NCBI GenBank assembly: GCA_964488645.1
Contig: CAZAVK010000001.1
Coordinates: forward strand, 65,215-129,214
DNA from: an uncultured Rikenella sp.
Lineage (GTDB): Bacteria > Bacteroidota > Bacteroidia > Bacteroidales > VadinHA17
Direction of reading: 5' to 3'
Length of the DNA: 64,000 nt
Shown here: one piece after another, positions 36,857 to 45,939 of the stretch
How the letters are laid out: each line of letters begins with the position of its first letter
Numbering within the stretch: the stretch's first letter is position 1
Position numbers and translations under genes: made by a program
Notes under the pieces: generated by a model
What the model was told of the DNA's origin: nothing
What the model saw: only the letters and a program-made list of their open reading frames with translations
Databases searched by the model: none

Positions 36857-36871
36857 AGATGTAATACATCT
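36857..36871. promoter_or_regulatory. Perfect 15-bp palindrome AGATGTAATACATCT upstream of susC-like gene (candidate GntR-type operator)
   Basis: 7+1+7 inverted repeat with core TGTAATACA, which fits GT-Nx-AC. It lies 94 nt upstream of the ATG at 36965. Confidence 0.5.
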
Positions 36872-36964
36872 TATCAGAAAATTATTGTATATTGCTACAT
36901 GCTTCCGAATCCGTAAAAACTTATATGTAACCCTGTTTAGTAAACTAACCTTAAAACAAACCGT

Positions 36965-39900
36965 ATGAGAACCAGGCTGTTAATGTTATTCGCGGTTTTT
37001 GGGTTGCTGTTGTCACAGATTATATCTGCACAACCCAGGACCGTGAGAGGGACTGTCACAGACGCCACGACAAATGAAACCTTGCCGGGGGTCAACGTGA
37101 TAATCAAGAACACTACCACAGGTACGAGTACTGATGTCTTCGGCAACTACTCAATCAATGTTGCCCAGGGTCAGGTACTTGTATTCAGTTCTCTGGGGTA
37201 TGCCACACGTGAAGTCACCGTCGGAACCGGTACCACGATCAATGTGGCTCTTACCCCGGATATTCAGATGATTGAGGATGTTGTGATCACCTCCGAGTTC
37301 GGGATGAAGCGTGTTGCCCGTGCTGTGGGGTCATCGGTACAGAATGTCAAGGCCTCTGATATTGCAGAGTCAGGGCGTGACAACTTCATCACCGCCCTCC
37401 AGGGCCGTGTTGCCGGCATGACCGTTGGCACCACCAGTGGTGCACCGGGCGCATCCACCTCGGTTATACTCAGGAGTATCACCTCCATTTCCGGGAATAA
37501 CCAGCCGTTATACATTGTTGACGGTGTGCCGATGAACAACTCAACCTTCGACCCGCTGAAGATGACCCAGCCGGTTGAGACCTTTGCTGTCCGCAACCTC
37601 GACTTCTCATCCAGGGGTAATGACTTCAACCCTGAGGATATAGAGTCGATGACCGTTCTCAAGGGTGCTGCCGCGGCTGCCCTTTACGGTTCTGACGCCT
37701 CCAACGGTGCCATCATCATCACCACCAAGAAGGGGAGTGCAGGCAAGGGTAAGGTTTCATACAACAACTCCTTCAGGTGGGACAATGCCTATGGCCTTCC
37801 CGAGCTTCAGGACAAGTATACCAGCGGTTACTATGGCACCACCAACTACTATTATCTTACCCGTTACGGCGGCCGCTACATTGAGGGCATGACCCTTTAT
37901 GACAACGTGTCGGCCGTTCTGCAGACCGGGTTCACCATGCGTCACAATATCTCGGTTGAGGGCGGTTCTGACAAGATTACCCTGCGCGGCTCGGCATCGA
38001 CGCTCAACCAGCAGGGGATTATAAAGACCTCTGAGTTCTCGAGGTTCAACGTCTCCCTCTCAGGCAGGGCCGAGGTGACGAAGTGGATGACCGTGGAGTC
38101 ATCAATGCAGTATGTTGCCACCGAAAACAACAAGGTCCCTATAGGAACAGACGGCCCGCTCTACAGGGCAATGCGCTGGCCCATGGTTGATGACATGTCG
38201 GTATGGCTTGCAGAAGACGGCTCTCACATGAGCACCCCCGACTATTACCTTGACGGAGACCTGATCAATCCGCTGTTCGGACTTTACAAGAACAAGCTCT
38301 ATGATGATTCTGACAGGTTCATCTCGAACATCTCGGCAACGTTTGTCCCGGTGGCAAACACTTTCCTCCGCACACAGATAGGATGGGACGTCGGCATGCA
38401 GACCTTTATCGCCACCAGGCATCCCTATTACCAGGCTTATCAGTCGGGAACCGGTATCTACAACATTACCAAGAGCAACTTCTCTGACCCGACCATCAAC
38501 GTCCTGGCCGGCTATTCCAACAACTTCCTTGATGACAGGCTCTCCCTCTCGGCACAGTTCGGCTATCACCAGCTTGAGAACGGCATAACCCGCCTGGGCA
38601 CCTACGGCACCAAGTTTGCCGTGGTCGACTTCCAGAGCATCAATAACTGCGATCCGCTTTCTATCAGTGCATCCCAGACAAATACCAGGAGGAGGATACA
38701 GGCTCTCTCGGGTCAGATTGAGCTTGGGTACAACCAGATGGCATATGTCACGCTGCGAGCCCGCAACGACTGGTCATCGACCCTGCCGGTTGAGAACAAC
38801 CGCTATTTCTACCCTGCCATTGAGGGCTCGTTCATCGTTACCGAGCTTCCTTTTATCAAGGGCAACCGCATGCTGAATTACCTCAAGCTCCGCGGTACGA
38901 TAGCCCAGGTAGGTAAGGATGCCGGTCCGCTGGAGATCGATCCTCAGCTCGAGCCCACGGGGCTTACCGGCGGTGGGTACAAGTACGGCTTCACCGGCCC
39001 CAACAGGAGCCTGCGGCCTGAGATGACCACCTCAAAGGAGATCGGTTTTGAGGGTCGTTTCCTGGATGACCGTATCAATGCCGACTTCACCTACTTCTGG
39101 ACTCATTGTGCCGATCAGATTGTCAAGAGCTTCCGTCTCAGCTACGGTACCGGGTTCGTGCTCAACAACATGAACGTAGGTACGTTTGACACCTGGGGCT
39201 GGGAGGCCATGATCAACGGTGACGTGCTGAGAATGGGCAACGGCCTGCGCTGGAACATCGGCGTAACCGCATCGCACACCAGCTCAGAGGTTGTCTACCT
39301 GCCTGCAAACGTGACTGAGTATTACAACGCCTACACCTGGAACTCGGGCAATATCCGCAACGGTATCATGCTTGGCCATCCGGTTACTACCATCACCGGG
39401 CTGGGCTTCCTGCGTAATGATGCCGGTGATGTGCTCATCAGCCCGTCGACCGGTCAGCCCCTGGTCAGCGCAGCCTGGAGTGTGCTGGGTGACCGTGAGC
39501 CGAAGATGCGGTTCGGGCTGACTTCCAATGTCAGCTACAAGGGTCTGCGCCTCTCGGCGATGTTCTCAGGCCGCTACAAGGCTACAGTGGTCAACGGCAC
39601 CAAGCGTGTGATGATGAGTGAGGGGCTCAGCCTTGAGTCTGTCAAGCTTCGCGAAAGCGGCCCGGTAATATTCAACGGCGTACTGCAGGATGGCAACGAA
39701 AATACCGCCAATCCGACCAGGAACACTATTGCAGTTGACTTCAACCTCTATCCTTCAATATACGCAGGCGGCGATGAGAACTGGATCGAGACCGGCGTGC
39801 ACTACCTGCGCCTGCAGGAGATCCGCCTGGCCTATGTGCTCCCGGCAAGCCTGCTGAACAGGACCTCAATACTGTCACAGGCAAGTGTCTTCATTACAGG

Positions 39901-40057
39901 GAATGACCTTGCTGTATGGACCAATTACTCGGGAATTGATGCTGTCGGAAACACAGTATCAGCCGCTGCCGGCGGTACCGGCGGCGAGGGTATGGATATC
40001 TGGTCACTGCCGAACCCGAGAGGTTTGTCGGTTGGCATCAATGTGACATTCAAATAA
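36965..40057 (+). CDS. SusC/RagA-family TonB-dependent outer-membrane transporter
   Basis: Signal peptide and carboxypeptidase-regulatory-like domain (VRGTVTDATTNETLPGVNVIIKN). Plug domain, then a long beta-barrel. No N-terminal STN signalling extension. Confidence 0.95.
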   Translation: MRTRLLMLFAVFGLLLSQIISAQPRTVRGTVTDATTNETLPGVNVIIKNTTTGTSTDVFGNYSINVAQGQVLVFSSLGYATREVTVGTGTTINVALTPDIQMIEDVVITSEFGMKRVARAVGSSVQNVKASDIAESGRDNFITALQGRVAGMTVGTTSGAPGASTSVILRSITSISGNNQPLYIVDGVPMNNSTFDPLKMTQPVETFAVRNLDFSSRGNDFNPEDIESMTVLKGAAAAALYGSDASNGAIIITTKKGSAGKGKVSYNNSFRWDNAYGLPELQDKYTSGYYGTTNYYYLTRYGGRYIEGMTLYDNVSAVLQTGFTMRHNISVEGGSDKITLRGSASTLNQQGIIKTSEFSRFNVSLSGRAEVTKWMTVESSMQYVATENNKVPIGTDGPLYRAMRWPMVDDMSVWLAEDGSHMSTPDYYLDGDLINPLFGLYKNKLYDDSDRFISNISATFVPVANTFLRTQIGWDVGMQTFIATRHPYYQAYQSGTGIYNITKSNFSDPTINVLAGYSNNFLDDRLSLSAQFGYHQLENGITRLGTYGTKFAVVDFQSINNCDPLSISASQTNTRRRIQALSGQIELGYNQMAYVTLRARNDWSSTLPVENNRYFYPAIEGSFIVTELPFIKGNRMLNYLKLRGTIAQVGKDAGPLEIDPQLEPTGLTGGGYKYGFTGPNRSLRPEMTTSKEIGFEGRFLDDRINADFTYFWTHCADQIVKSFRLSYGTGFVLNNMNVGTFDTWGWEAMINGDVLRMGNGLRWNIGVTASHTSSEVVYLPANVTEYYNAYTWNSGNIRNGIMLGHPVTTITGLGFLRNDAGDVLISPSTGQPLVSAAWSVLGDREPKMRFGLTSNVSYKGLRLSAMFSGRYKATVVNGTKRVMMSEGLSLESVKLRESGPVIFNGVLQDGNENTANPTRNTIAVDFNLYPSIYAGGDENWIETGVHYLRLQEIRLAYVLPASLLNRTSILSQASVFITGNDLAVWTNYSGIDAVGNTVSAAAGGTGGEGMDIWSLPNPRGLSVGINVTFK

Positions 40058-40079
40058 TGAATATTAAAAAAACGAAACA

Positions 40080-41999
40080 ATGATAAAGAAGCTATCAATT
40101 TCGGTTCTTTTGCTGGCATCATTCATGTTCGTAACCACCAGTTGTGAGGAATGGCTTGATGTCAACAAAAACGTGGATGCTCCTGACCATGTTGAGGGAT
40201 ACCTTTATCTTGCGGGGATCCTCCAGCAATACCAGGGAATGTACTGGGACATCCGTGCCACCGGCCCTCTCACCCAGATGATGGGTACCAGTTCATATAC
40301 CACCTTTGCCACCAACTACTACAGTGCCGGCTCAGATGCTGGCGGTGAGATATGGAGAGTCGTCTACTGGCTTCAGGGAATGAACCTCGAAAACATGATC
40401 AACCAGTCTGTTGAGGCTGAGAACTGGACCCTGGCGGGTATCGGCTATGCCGTCAAGGCCTATTCATGGGATCAGATGACCAAGTATCACGGTGAGCTGA
40501 TTCTCAAGGATGCATTCGTTCCCGGACTGCTGTCACACAGGTATGACTACCAGGATACGATATACACTGCGGTGCGCAACTGGGCCTACAAGGCAATTGA
40601 GTACCTCAAGATGCCCGATGCCACCGGTTATGGCACCAAGATCAGCGCCAATGACTATATCTACGGCGGTGACAAGGAGAAGTGGATCAAGTTTGCCTAT
40701 GGGGTTATTGTAAGCAACCTGGCCTCACTTACCAACAAGAGTGATTTCAAGACAGCCTATGCCAATGAGCTCATAGAGGCTGCTTCAAAATCATTTGCCT
40801 CCAATGCTGACAATGCCACGCTGAAGGTTGCCGGCGGCGGTGCCGCCGCTGCCCAGGGTGCCTACAACAACTTCTGGGGCACCAACAGGGGCAACCTGTC
40901 ACGTGTCTACTGGCAGCATGAGTATGCTGTTCAGGTCTTCACCGGCACCGTCCCGGTGTATGATCAGGCCACGGGCAACAAGATACCTGTCACGGGCAAC
41001 GCCTATTATCCCTATCAGCTTGCTGACAAGCAGATCATTTGTGACACCATCATTACCGTTCCCGGTCATTATGACCCGCGTGTGGCTGTCAAGCTTGCCA
41101 CAACCGATGACGCTGCCTACACCAACCTTGACAATGCTTATATGATCAAGAAGCGCAAGTATTATGGCGGCACCTTTACTGCCTTCGGCGGCCCGATCGG
41201 TAACGCTCCTTCATTTTACGGGCGCAATGCCAGCTCGGCCGCAACCAGTACCGCTGATGCCGCCCATGACGGCAGCGGGCGCTGGCTCTACCGTGATGAT
41301 GCCCCCTACATCCTGATGACCCATGCACAGATCCGGTTCTGCCTTGCCGAGGCACTCTGGAAGCTCGACCGCAAGGATGAGGCACTGCAGGCCTTCCGTG
41401 AGGGTGTCAGGGCTGACCTCGAGTTTACAGGCCAGTACATCGTGACCGGCAAACCCGGCAAGGTGGTTGACGGGGTACAGACAACACTGGGTGTGACCGG
41501 CGGCGATAAGCTGACCAGGGGCGTATATACCACTATGGCCAGCGAGTATGCTGCCGGACCATATGTTGACGGACTGACACTGGCAGATTTCTCATTGTCA
41601 CACATCATGATGCAGAAGTGGGTGGCCCTCTATCCGTGGGGTGCACTGGAGGCATGGGTCGATATGAGGAAGTACCATTATGACATCGCCTATACCGGTG
41701 ATTACCCGTCAAGCGGCAACGGATGGGAGCTTGCCACACTTACCCACAAGTGGGACACTGATCCCGCCAAGGTATACAAGGGCCTCTATCTCTCTCCTGC
41801 ACAGGTACAGGGACGCAAGGCGCAGTACAACGCATTCAACCAGGGCTCACCCTGTTACAGGATCCGCCCGCGCTACAACTCCGAGTATATGTGGAACAAG
41901 CCTTCTCTTGAAGCACTCAAGCCCATCTCCGGAATGGCGACTAACTATCAGTGCTCTATCCCCTGGTTTGCCTATCCGGGTAATATGCCATCGAATTAA
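40080..41999 (+). CDS. SusD/RagB-family nutrient-binding outer-membrane lipoprotein
   Basis: Lipobox (VTTSCEEWLDVNKN), typical of the SusD N-terminus. TPR-like helical content. Immediately downstream of SusC. Confidence 0.85.
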   Translation: MIKKLSISVLLLASFMFVTTSCEEWLDVNKNVDAPDHVEGYLYLAGILQQYQGMYWDIRATGPLTQMMGTSSYTTFATNYYSAGSDAGGEIWRVVYWLQGMNLENMINQSVEAENWTLAGIGYAVKAYSWDQMTKYHGELILKDAFVPGLLSHRYDYQDTIYTAVRNWAYKAIEYLKMPDATGYGTKISANDYIYGGDKEKWIKFAYGVIVSNLASLTNKSDFKTAYANELIEAASKSFASNADNATLKVAGGGAAAAQGAYNNFWGTNRGNLSRVYWQHEYAVQVFTGTVPVYDQATGNKIPVTGNAYYPYQLADKQIICDTIITVPGHYDPRVAVKLATTDDAAYTNLDNAYMIKKRKYYGGTFTAFGGPIGNAPSFYGRNASSAATSTADAAHDGSGRWLYRDDAPYILMTHAQIRFCLAEALWKLDRKDEALQAFREGVRADLEFTGQYIVTGKPGKVVDGVQTTLGVTGGDKLTRGVYTTMASEYAAGPYVDGLTLADFSLSHIMMQKWVALYPWGALEAWVDMRKYHYDIAYTGDYPSSGNGWELATLTHKWDTDPAKVYKGLYLSPAQVQGRKAQYNAFNQGSPCYRIRPRYNSEYMWNKPSLEALKPISGMATNYQCSIPWFAYPGNMPSN

Positions 42000-42019
42000 T
42001 CAAAGAACCAGAAAAATCA

Positions 42020-42874
42020 ATGAAAATGAAACTGATAAAATATTTTAGTCTGATTCTGGCAGTGACACTGATGGTCTCATGCGAAAAGCATGAAATAGAG
42101 TATGATGCCACACCTATCGGAGATATGGCTGAGATACAGCTCCACTATATCGTACCGGTCACTGCCGTAGCGGCCAACAATATCATCAGGGTCGACCTCA
42201 ATAACCAGATGGTCACCAACCGGGTTGCGCCGCTGGCCACATACAATGCCGTTCCCAGCGGGGCTGTCGGCAAATTCTTTGCCGTTGCCCCGGGATCGCT
42301 CAATATCAAGCTCTACAAGGCCGGCAAGGTCACTGCCGACTCCCTTGTCTATGATCAGAACGTCACAGTAACCAAGGGCAAGCAGAACCTCTTCGTTCAT
42401 GACATGACCAAGCCACCGGTGGTTATAGACAACGGCTTCCCCTATATACGCAGGGAGACGGTTGAGACAGACTCAACCACATGGGTAAAGTTCTACAACT
42501 TCCTCTATGAATCTGCCGGTGTCACATCAGACCTGAAGCTTCAGTACCAGTATATCAGCCACCGCACGGGGAACCTGGTCAATGTTGGCAAGCCGGTTGC
42601 CTTTGGTGAGGCTACCGGCTGGGAGCAGGTGCTGGTACTTAAGCTGCCCAACGAACTGGTGACTGCCGGGCAGCGCCAGGTTGACTACCGTATCAAGGTT
42701 GTCGATAATAACGGCGCCATTGTCGGTGATCTGCAGATAGCCGGTACCGGCGGGGCCATGATCAACTACTCTGACTGGTGGACCGGTACCATCGGCAGGA
42801 GGGTGCATCACATCTTCTGCGGGGTGCGTACCGCTGCGCCGGTATGCGCCGTCAGGCAGTTCTTCGCACTGTAG
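42020..42874 (+). CDS. Hypothetical surface lipoprotein downstream of SusD (SusE/F-position)
   Basis: Lipobox (LMVSC) and a beta-rich sequence. The call rests on position in the locus, with no recognised motif. Confidence 0.45.
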   Translation: MKMKLIKYFSLILAVTLMVSCEKHEIEYDATPIGDMAEIQLHYIVPVTAVAANNIIRVDLNNQMVTNRVAPLATYNAVPSGAVGKFFAVAPGSLNIKLYKAGKVTADSLVYDQNVTVTKGKQNLFVHDMTKPPVVIDNGFPYIRRETVETDSTTWVKFYNFLYESAGVTSDLKLQYQYISHRTGNLVNVGKPVAFGEATGWEQVLVLKLPNELVTAGQRQVDYRIKVVDNNGAIVGDLQIAGTGGAMINYSDWWTGTIGRRVHHIFCGVRTAAPVCAVRQFFAL

Positions 42875-42930
42875 CCGGCCAGAGGTCGGATGAGACAGTT
42901 TTATGGGAGGTGGGCAAGGGCCTCCCGCTG

Positions 42931-42958
42931 CAGGGGTGTCACCATGGCACCCCTGTTT
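42931..42958. terminator. Hairpin plus T-run between convergent genes
   Basis: CAGGGGTG, a 9-nt loop, CACCCCTG, then TTT. A second 6-bp stem (GGGAGG/CCTCCC) sits at 42905-42926. Confidence 0.5.
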
Positions 42959-42995
42959 CATTACCGCAACGGGTATTTTGCCGGTTTAGGATCTG

Positions 42996-45074
42996 TCAGA
43001 CCCGCCTGAATCCGCTTCTCTCTATCAGCGGCTCCATTGAGGGTTCTCTTCCGCGGAATGTCCTGTAGAGTTCATCAGGCTCCCTGCTTCCTCCCTTTTC
43101 GAGGATATTCCGCCGGAATGAGGCTGCGGTCTCACCGTCGAAGAGTCCCTTCTCCCTGAACAGGCTGAAGGCATCGGCATCAAGCACCTCTGCCCACTTG
43201 TATCCGTAGTATCCGGCAGCGTATCCGCCGGAGAAGAGGTGTCCGAATGATACGCTCATGCATGCACCCGGGGCGGGAGGCAGCAGTTCGGCCGGCGCCA
43301 TGGCGCTGCGCTCAAACTCGGTTATCTCTCCTTCAAACGGCCGGGTGATGGTATGCCATGCCATATCCAGCAGTCCGAACCCGAGCTGTCGCATGCAGGC
43401 ATAGCCTTCATTGTAGGTGTGTGACTCCTTGAGTCTGTGCAGCATCTCGTCAGGTATCTTCTCGCCGGTCTGGTAGTGTGCTGCCCAGGTGTCAAGCCAC
43501 TCCTTCTCCCATGCCCAGTTCTCCATGATCTGTGATGGCAGCTCCACGAAGTCACGTCTGACATTGGTGCCGGAGAGGCTCTCATAGGTGCAGTCTGACA
43601 GGATACCGTGCAGGGCATGTCCGAACTCGTGCAGGAAGGTGTTCATCTCACCATGTGAGAGCAGCGATGGTCTTGACGGGGTGGGCCGTGTGAAGTTCAT
43701 CACCAGCGAGATCACCGGTATGACCCTTACGCCATTCTCACGCCACTGCTCACGGAAAGCGGTCATCCATGCTCCTCCGCTCTTTCCCTTCCTGGGATGG
43801 AAGTCGAGCATCAGCACTGCCAGGAGAGTGCTGTCCCTGTCAAGTACCTCAAAGGCAGTAACCTCACTGTTGTATACGGGTATGGAGCCGTTCTCCCGGA
43901 ATGTCAGCCCGTAGAGCCTGGTTGCCAGCCCCAGCACCGCCTCCTTCACCTTTTCGAGCGGCATGTACGGTCTGAGTGCCTCATCGTCGATGCTGTATCT
44001 CTCTTTCCTCAGTCTCTCTGACCAGTAGGGCCAGTCCCACCGTTCAAGCCTTCCGGGGTGCCTATTACTGAGAGCATACTCCTCAATATCCCTGAGATCT
44101 CTCTTGCCTGCCGGTGTGGCAGCCCTGAGCAGTTCCTCCAGGAAGCTGTTCACCTTGTCCGGCGACGCCGCCATGCGCTCTTCAAGCACGTAGTGTGCAT
44201 AGGTTTCGTATCCGAGCAGCTGTGCCAGCTCGAGGCGCAGCTCTGTTATCCTTTTCACCAGTTGCCGGTTGTCATGCTCATTCTCCCGGAATGCCCGGCG
44301 GGCATATGCGGTAAAGAGCTTCTTCCTCAGGTCGCGGCGCTCTGAATACTGCATGAATGGCAGGTAGCTTGGGGCGTGGAGTGTGAAAACCCATCCGCCG
44401 CTGCCCCTTTCGTGTGCCAGTGCGGCGGCGGCCTCGCGCACACCGTCGGGCAGACCGGCAATATCCTCCTCCCTGGTCAGGTGCAGGGTGAAGGCATTGG
44501 TCTCTTCCAGAACATTCTCCTCGAACTGCAGCGAGAGGGTTGCCATCTCGGTGGTGATTGCCCTCAGTCTCTCCTTGGCTCTCTGACCGAGACCGGCTCC
44601 TCCGCGCAGGAATCCCCTGTACCTGCGCTCAAGCAGTATACGCTGCTCAGGACCGGTGACAGACTCTCTGTGCTCCCAGACATGGCTTACCCTGCGGAAG
44701 AGGTCAGAATTAAGGTTTATATCGTTGGCGAAGCCGGTGAGCAGGGGAGAGGCCTCCCGGGCTGCCTGTTGCAGCTCCGGCGTCGTGTCGCAGCTGTTGA
44801 GGTTGAACAGTATGGGGGTGATGCGGTTCAGCAATGAGCCGGCCCGTTCAAGAGCCTCGATCGTATTGGCAAAGCCGGGCTCCTCATCTGATGCGGCAAT
44901 CTCTTCCACCTCTCTCCTGGCAGCGGCAACAGCCTCCTCTATTGCCGGAATGAAATGCCCCGGGTTAAGCAGACCGAAGGGGGCGACGCCAAACGGAGTC
45001 TCCCAGTCACTGAGAAGAGGGTTTATGCCGCCGGGATGCTCCGTCATACCTGTACTGCCGGGATGCTCCGTCAT
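42996..45074 (-). CDS. dcp: M3-family peptidyl-dipeptidase
   Basis: HEFGH zinc motif (FLHEFGHALHG) with a full-length M3 fold. Two in-frame ATGs (45074, 45047) arise from a 27-bp tandem duplication. Confidence 0.9.
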   Translation of the reverse strand: MTEHPGSTGMTEHPGGINPLLSDWETPFGVAPFGLLNPGHFIPAIEEAVAAARREVEEIAASDEEPGFANTIEALERAGSLLNRITPILFNLNSCDTTPELQQAAREASPLLTGFANDINLNSDLFRRVSHVWEHRESVTGPEQRILLERRYRGFLRGGAGLGQRAKERLRAITTEMATLSLQFEENVLEETNAFTLHLTREEDIAGLPDGVREAAAALAHERGSGGWVFTLHAPSYLPFMQYSERRDLRKKLFTAYARRAFRENEHDNRQLVKRITELRLELAQLLGYETYAHYVLEERMAASPDKVNSFLEELLRAATPAGKRDLRDIEEYALSNRHPGRLERWDWPYWSERLRKERYSIDDEALRPYMPLEKVKEAVLGLATRLYGLTFRENGSIPVYNSEVTAFEVLDRDSTLLAVLMLDFHPRKGKSGGAWMTAFREQWRENGVRVIPVISLVMNFTRPTPSRPSLLSHGEMNTFLHEFGHALHGILSDCTYESLSGTNVRRDFVELPSQIMENWAWEKEWLDTWAAHYQTGEKIPDEMLHRLKESHTYNEGYACMRQLGFGLLDMAWHTITRPFEGEITEFERSAMAPAELLPPAPGACMSVSFGHLFSGGYAAGYYGYKWAEVLDADAFSLFREKGLFDGETAASFRRNILEKGGSREPDELYRTFRGREPSMEPLIERSGFRRV

Positions 45075-45083
45075 ACTTGTACC
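45030..45083. repeat. 27-bp tandem duplication (25/27 identical) covering the dcp start codon
   Basis: GCCGGGATGCTCCGTCATACCTGTACT / GCCGGGATGCTCCGTCATACTTGTACC. It encodes MTEHPGSTG-MTEHPGG. Confidence 0.85.
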
Positions 45084-45094
45084 GCTGTTCTTTT

Positions 45095-45478
45095 TCAGAA
45101 GGGCAGGTCATCCAGCTCGGGGTCAGGAGAGGGGGCATCTTCCAGCGGCGGCAGGTCTCCCGGCACCCGGGCATTCCCGTTGGCTGCACCGCCCCGTGTG
45201 ACCGTGAGGGCATTGAGGTTGGTGATGTAGTTCACCCTGCCATCCCTCTCCCAGCGGTTACCCCTGATATTGAAGGTTACGGTAACCTCCTCCCTCAGCC
45301 ATGACTCATCGATGATATCACATCTGTCCTGAACCAGCTGGAATTTGATGAAGTCAACCAAAGCCTGTCCGCCGGCCGTCTGCTTGTGTTCTATCACGAA
45401 CTCGCGCTTTCTGAAGCGTTCACTGACCCTGTTGACAGGGTATACCTCTGCCACTTTGCCGATGATACGGAATTCCAT
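45095..45478 (-). CDS. DUF3127-like OB-fold protein with acidic C-terminal tail
   Basis: N-terminus MEFRIIGKVAEVYPVNRVSERFRKREFVIE is typical of DUF3127. The tail ends PELDDLPF. Confidence 0.65.
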   Translation of the reverse strand: MEFRIIGKVAEVYPVNRVSERFRKREFVIEHKQTAGGQALVDFIKFQLVQDRCDIIDESWLREEVTVTFNIRGNRWERDGRVNYITNLNALTVTRGGAANGNARVPGDLPPLEDAPSPDPELDDLPF

Positions 45479-45939
45479 CAGTCGCTCTCCGGGATTATGA
45501 TTGTCTCAATGCGGTCTCCCGCCCTGATCTGATCTATTATGTCGAGGCCCTCCACCACCTTTCCGAAGCAGGTGTGCCTGCGGTCAAGATGCCTGGTATT
45601 CTCCCTGTTGTGGCATATGAAGAACTGTGATCCGCCGGTATCTTTTCCGGCGTGTGCCATTGAGAGTACACCGCGGTCATGGTACTGTTTCTCTCCGTCC
45701 AGTTCACACCTGATTGTGTATCCCGGGCCACCTGTCCCTACGCGTGAGTCGCTCATATCCCTGGAGTAGGGGCACCCTCCCTGTATGACAAACCCCGGGA
45801 TGACACGGTGGAATGCCAGCCCGTCATAGAACCCCTGCCTGGCAAGCGAGACGAAGTTGCTGACGGTGCCGGGGGCATCGTCAGCATAGAGATGAGCCTT
45901 CATCACCCCTTTTGAGGTATGTATTTCGGCAGTTGCCAT
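45478..45939 (-). CDS. Cyclophilin-type peptidyl-prolyl cis-trans isomerase
   Basis: Motifs FHRVIPGFVIQGG, GTGGPGY, SMAHAG and GSQFFI. Confidence 0.9.
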   Translation of the reverse strand: MATAEIHTSKGVMKAHLYADDAPGTVSNFVSLARQGFYDGLAFHRVIPGFVIQGGCPYSRDMSDSRVGTGGPGYTIRCELDGEKQYHDRGVLSMAHAGKDTGGSQFFICHNRENTRHLDRRHTCFGKVVEGLDIIDQIRAGDRIETIIIPESD

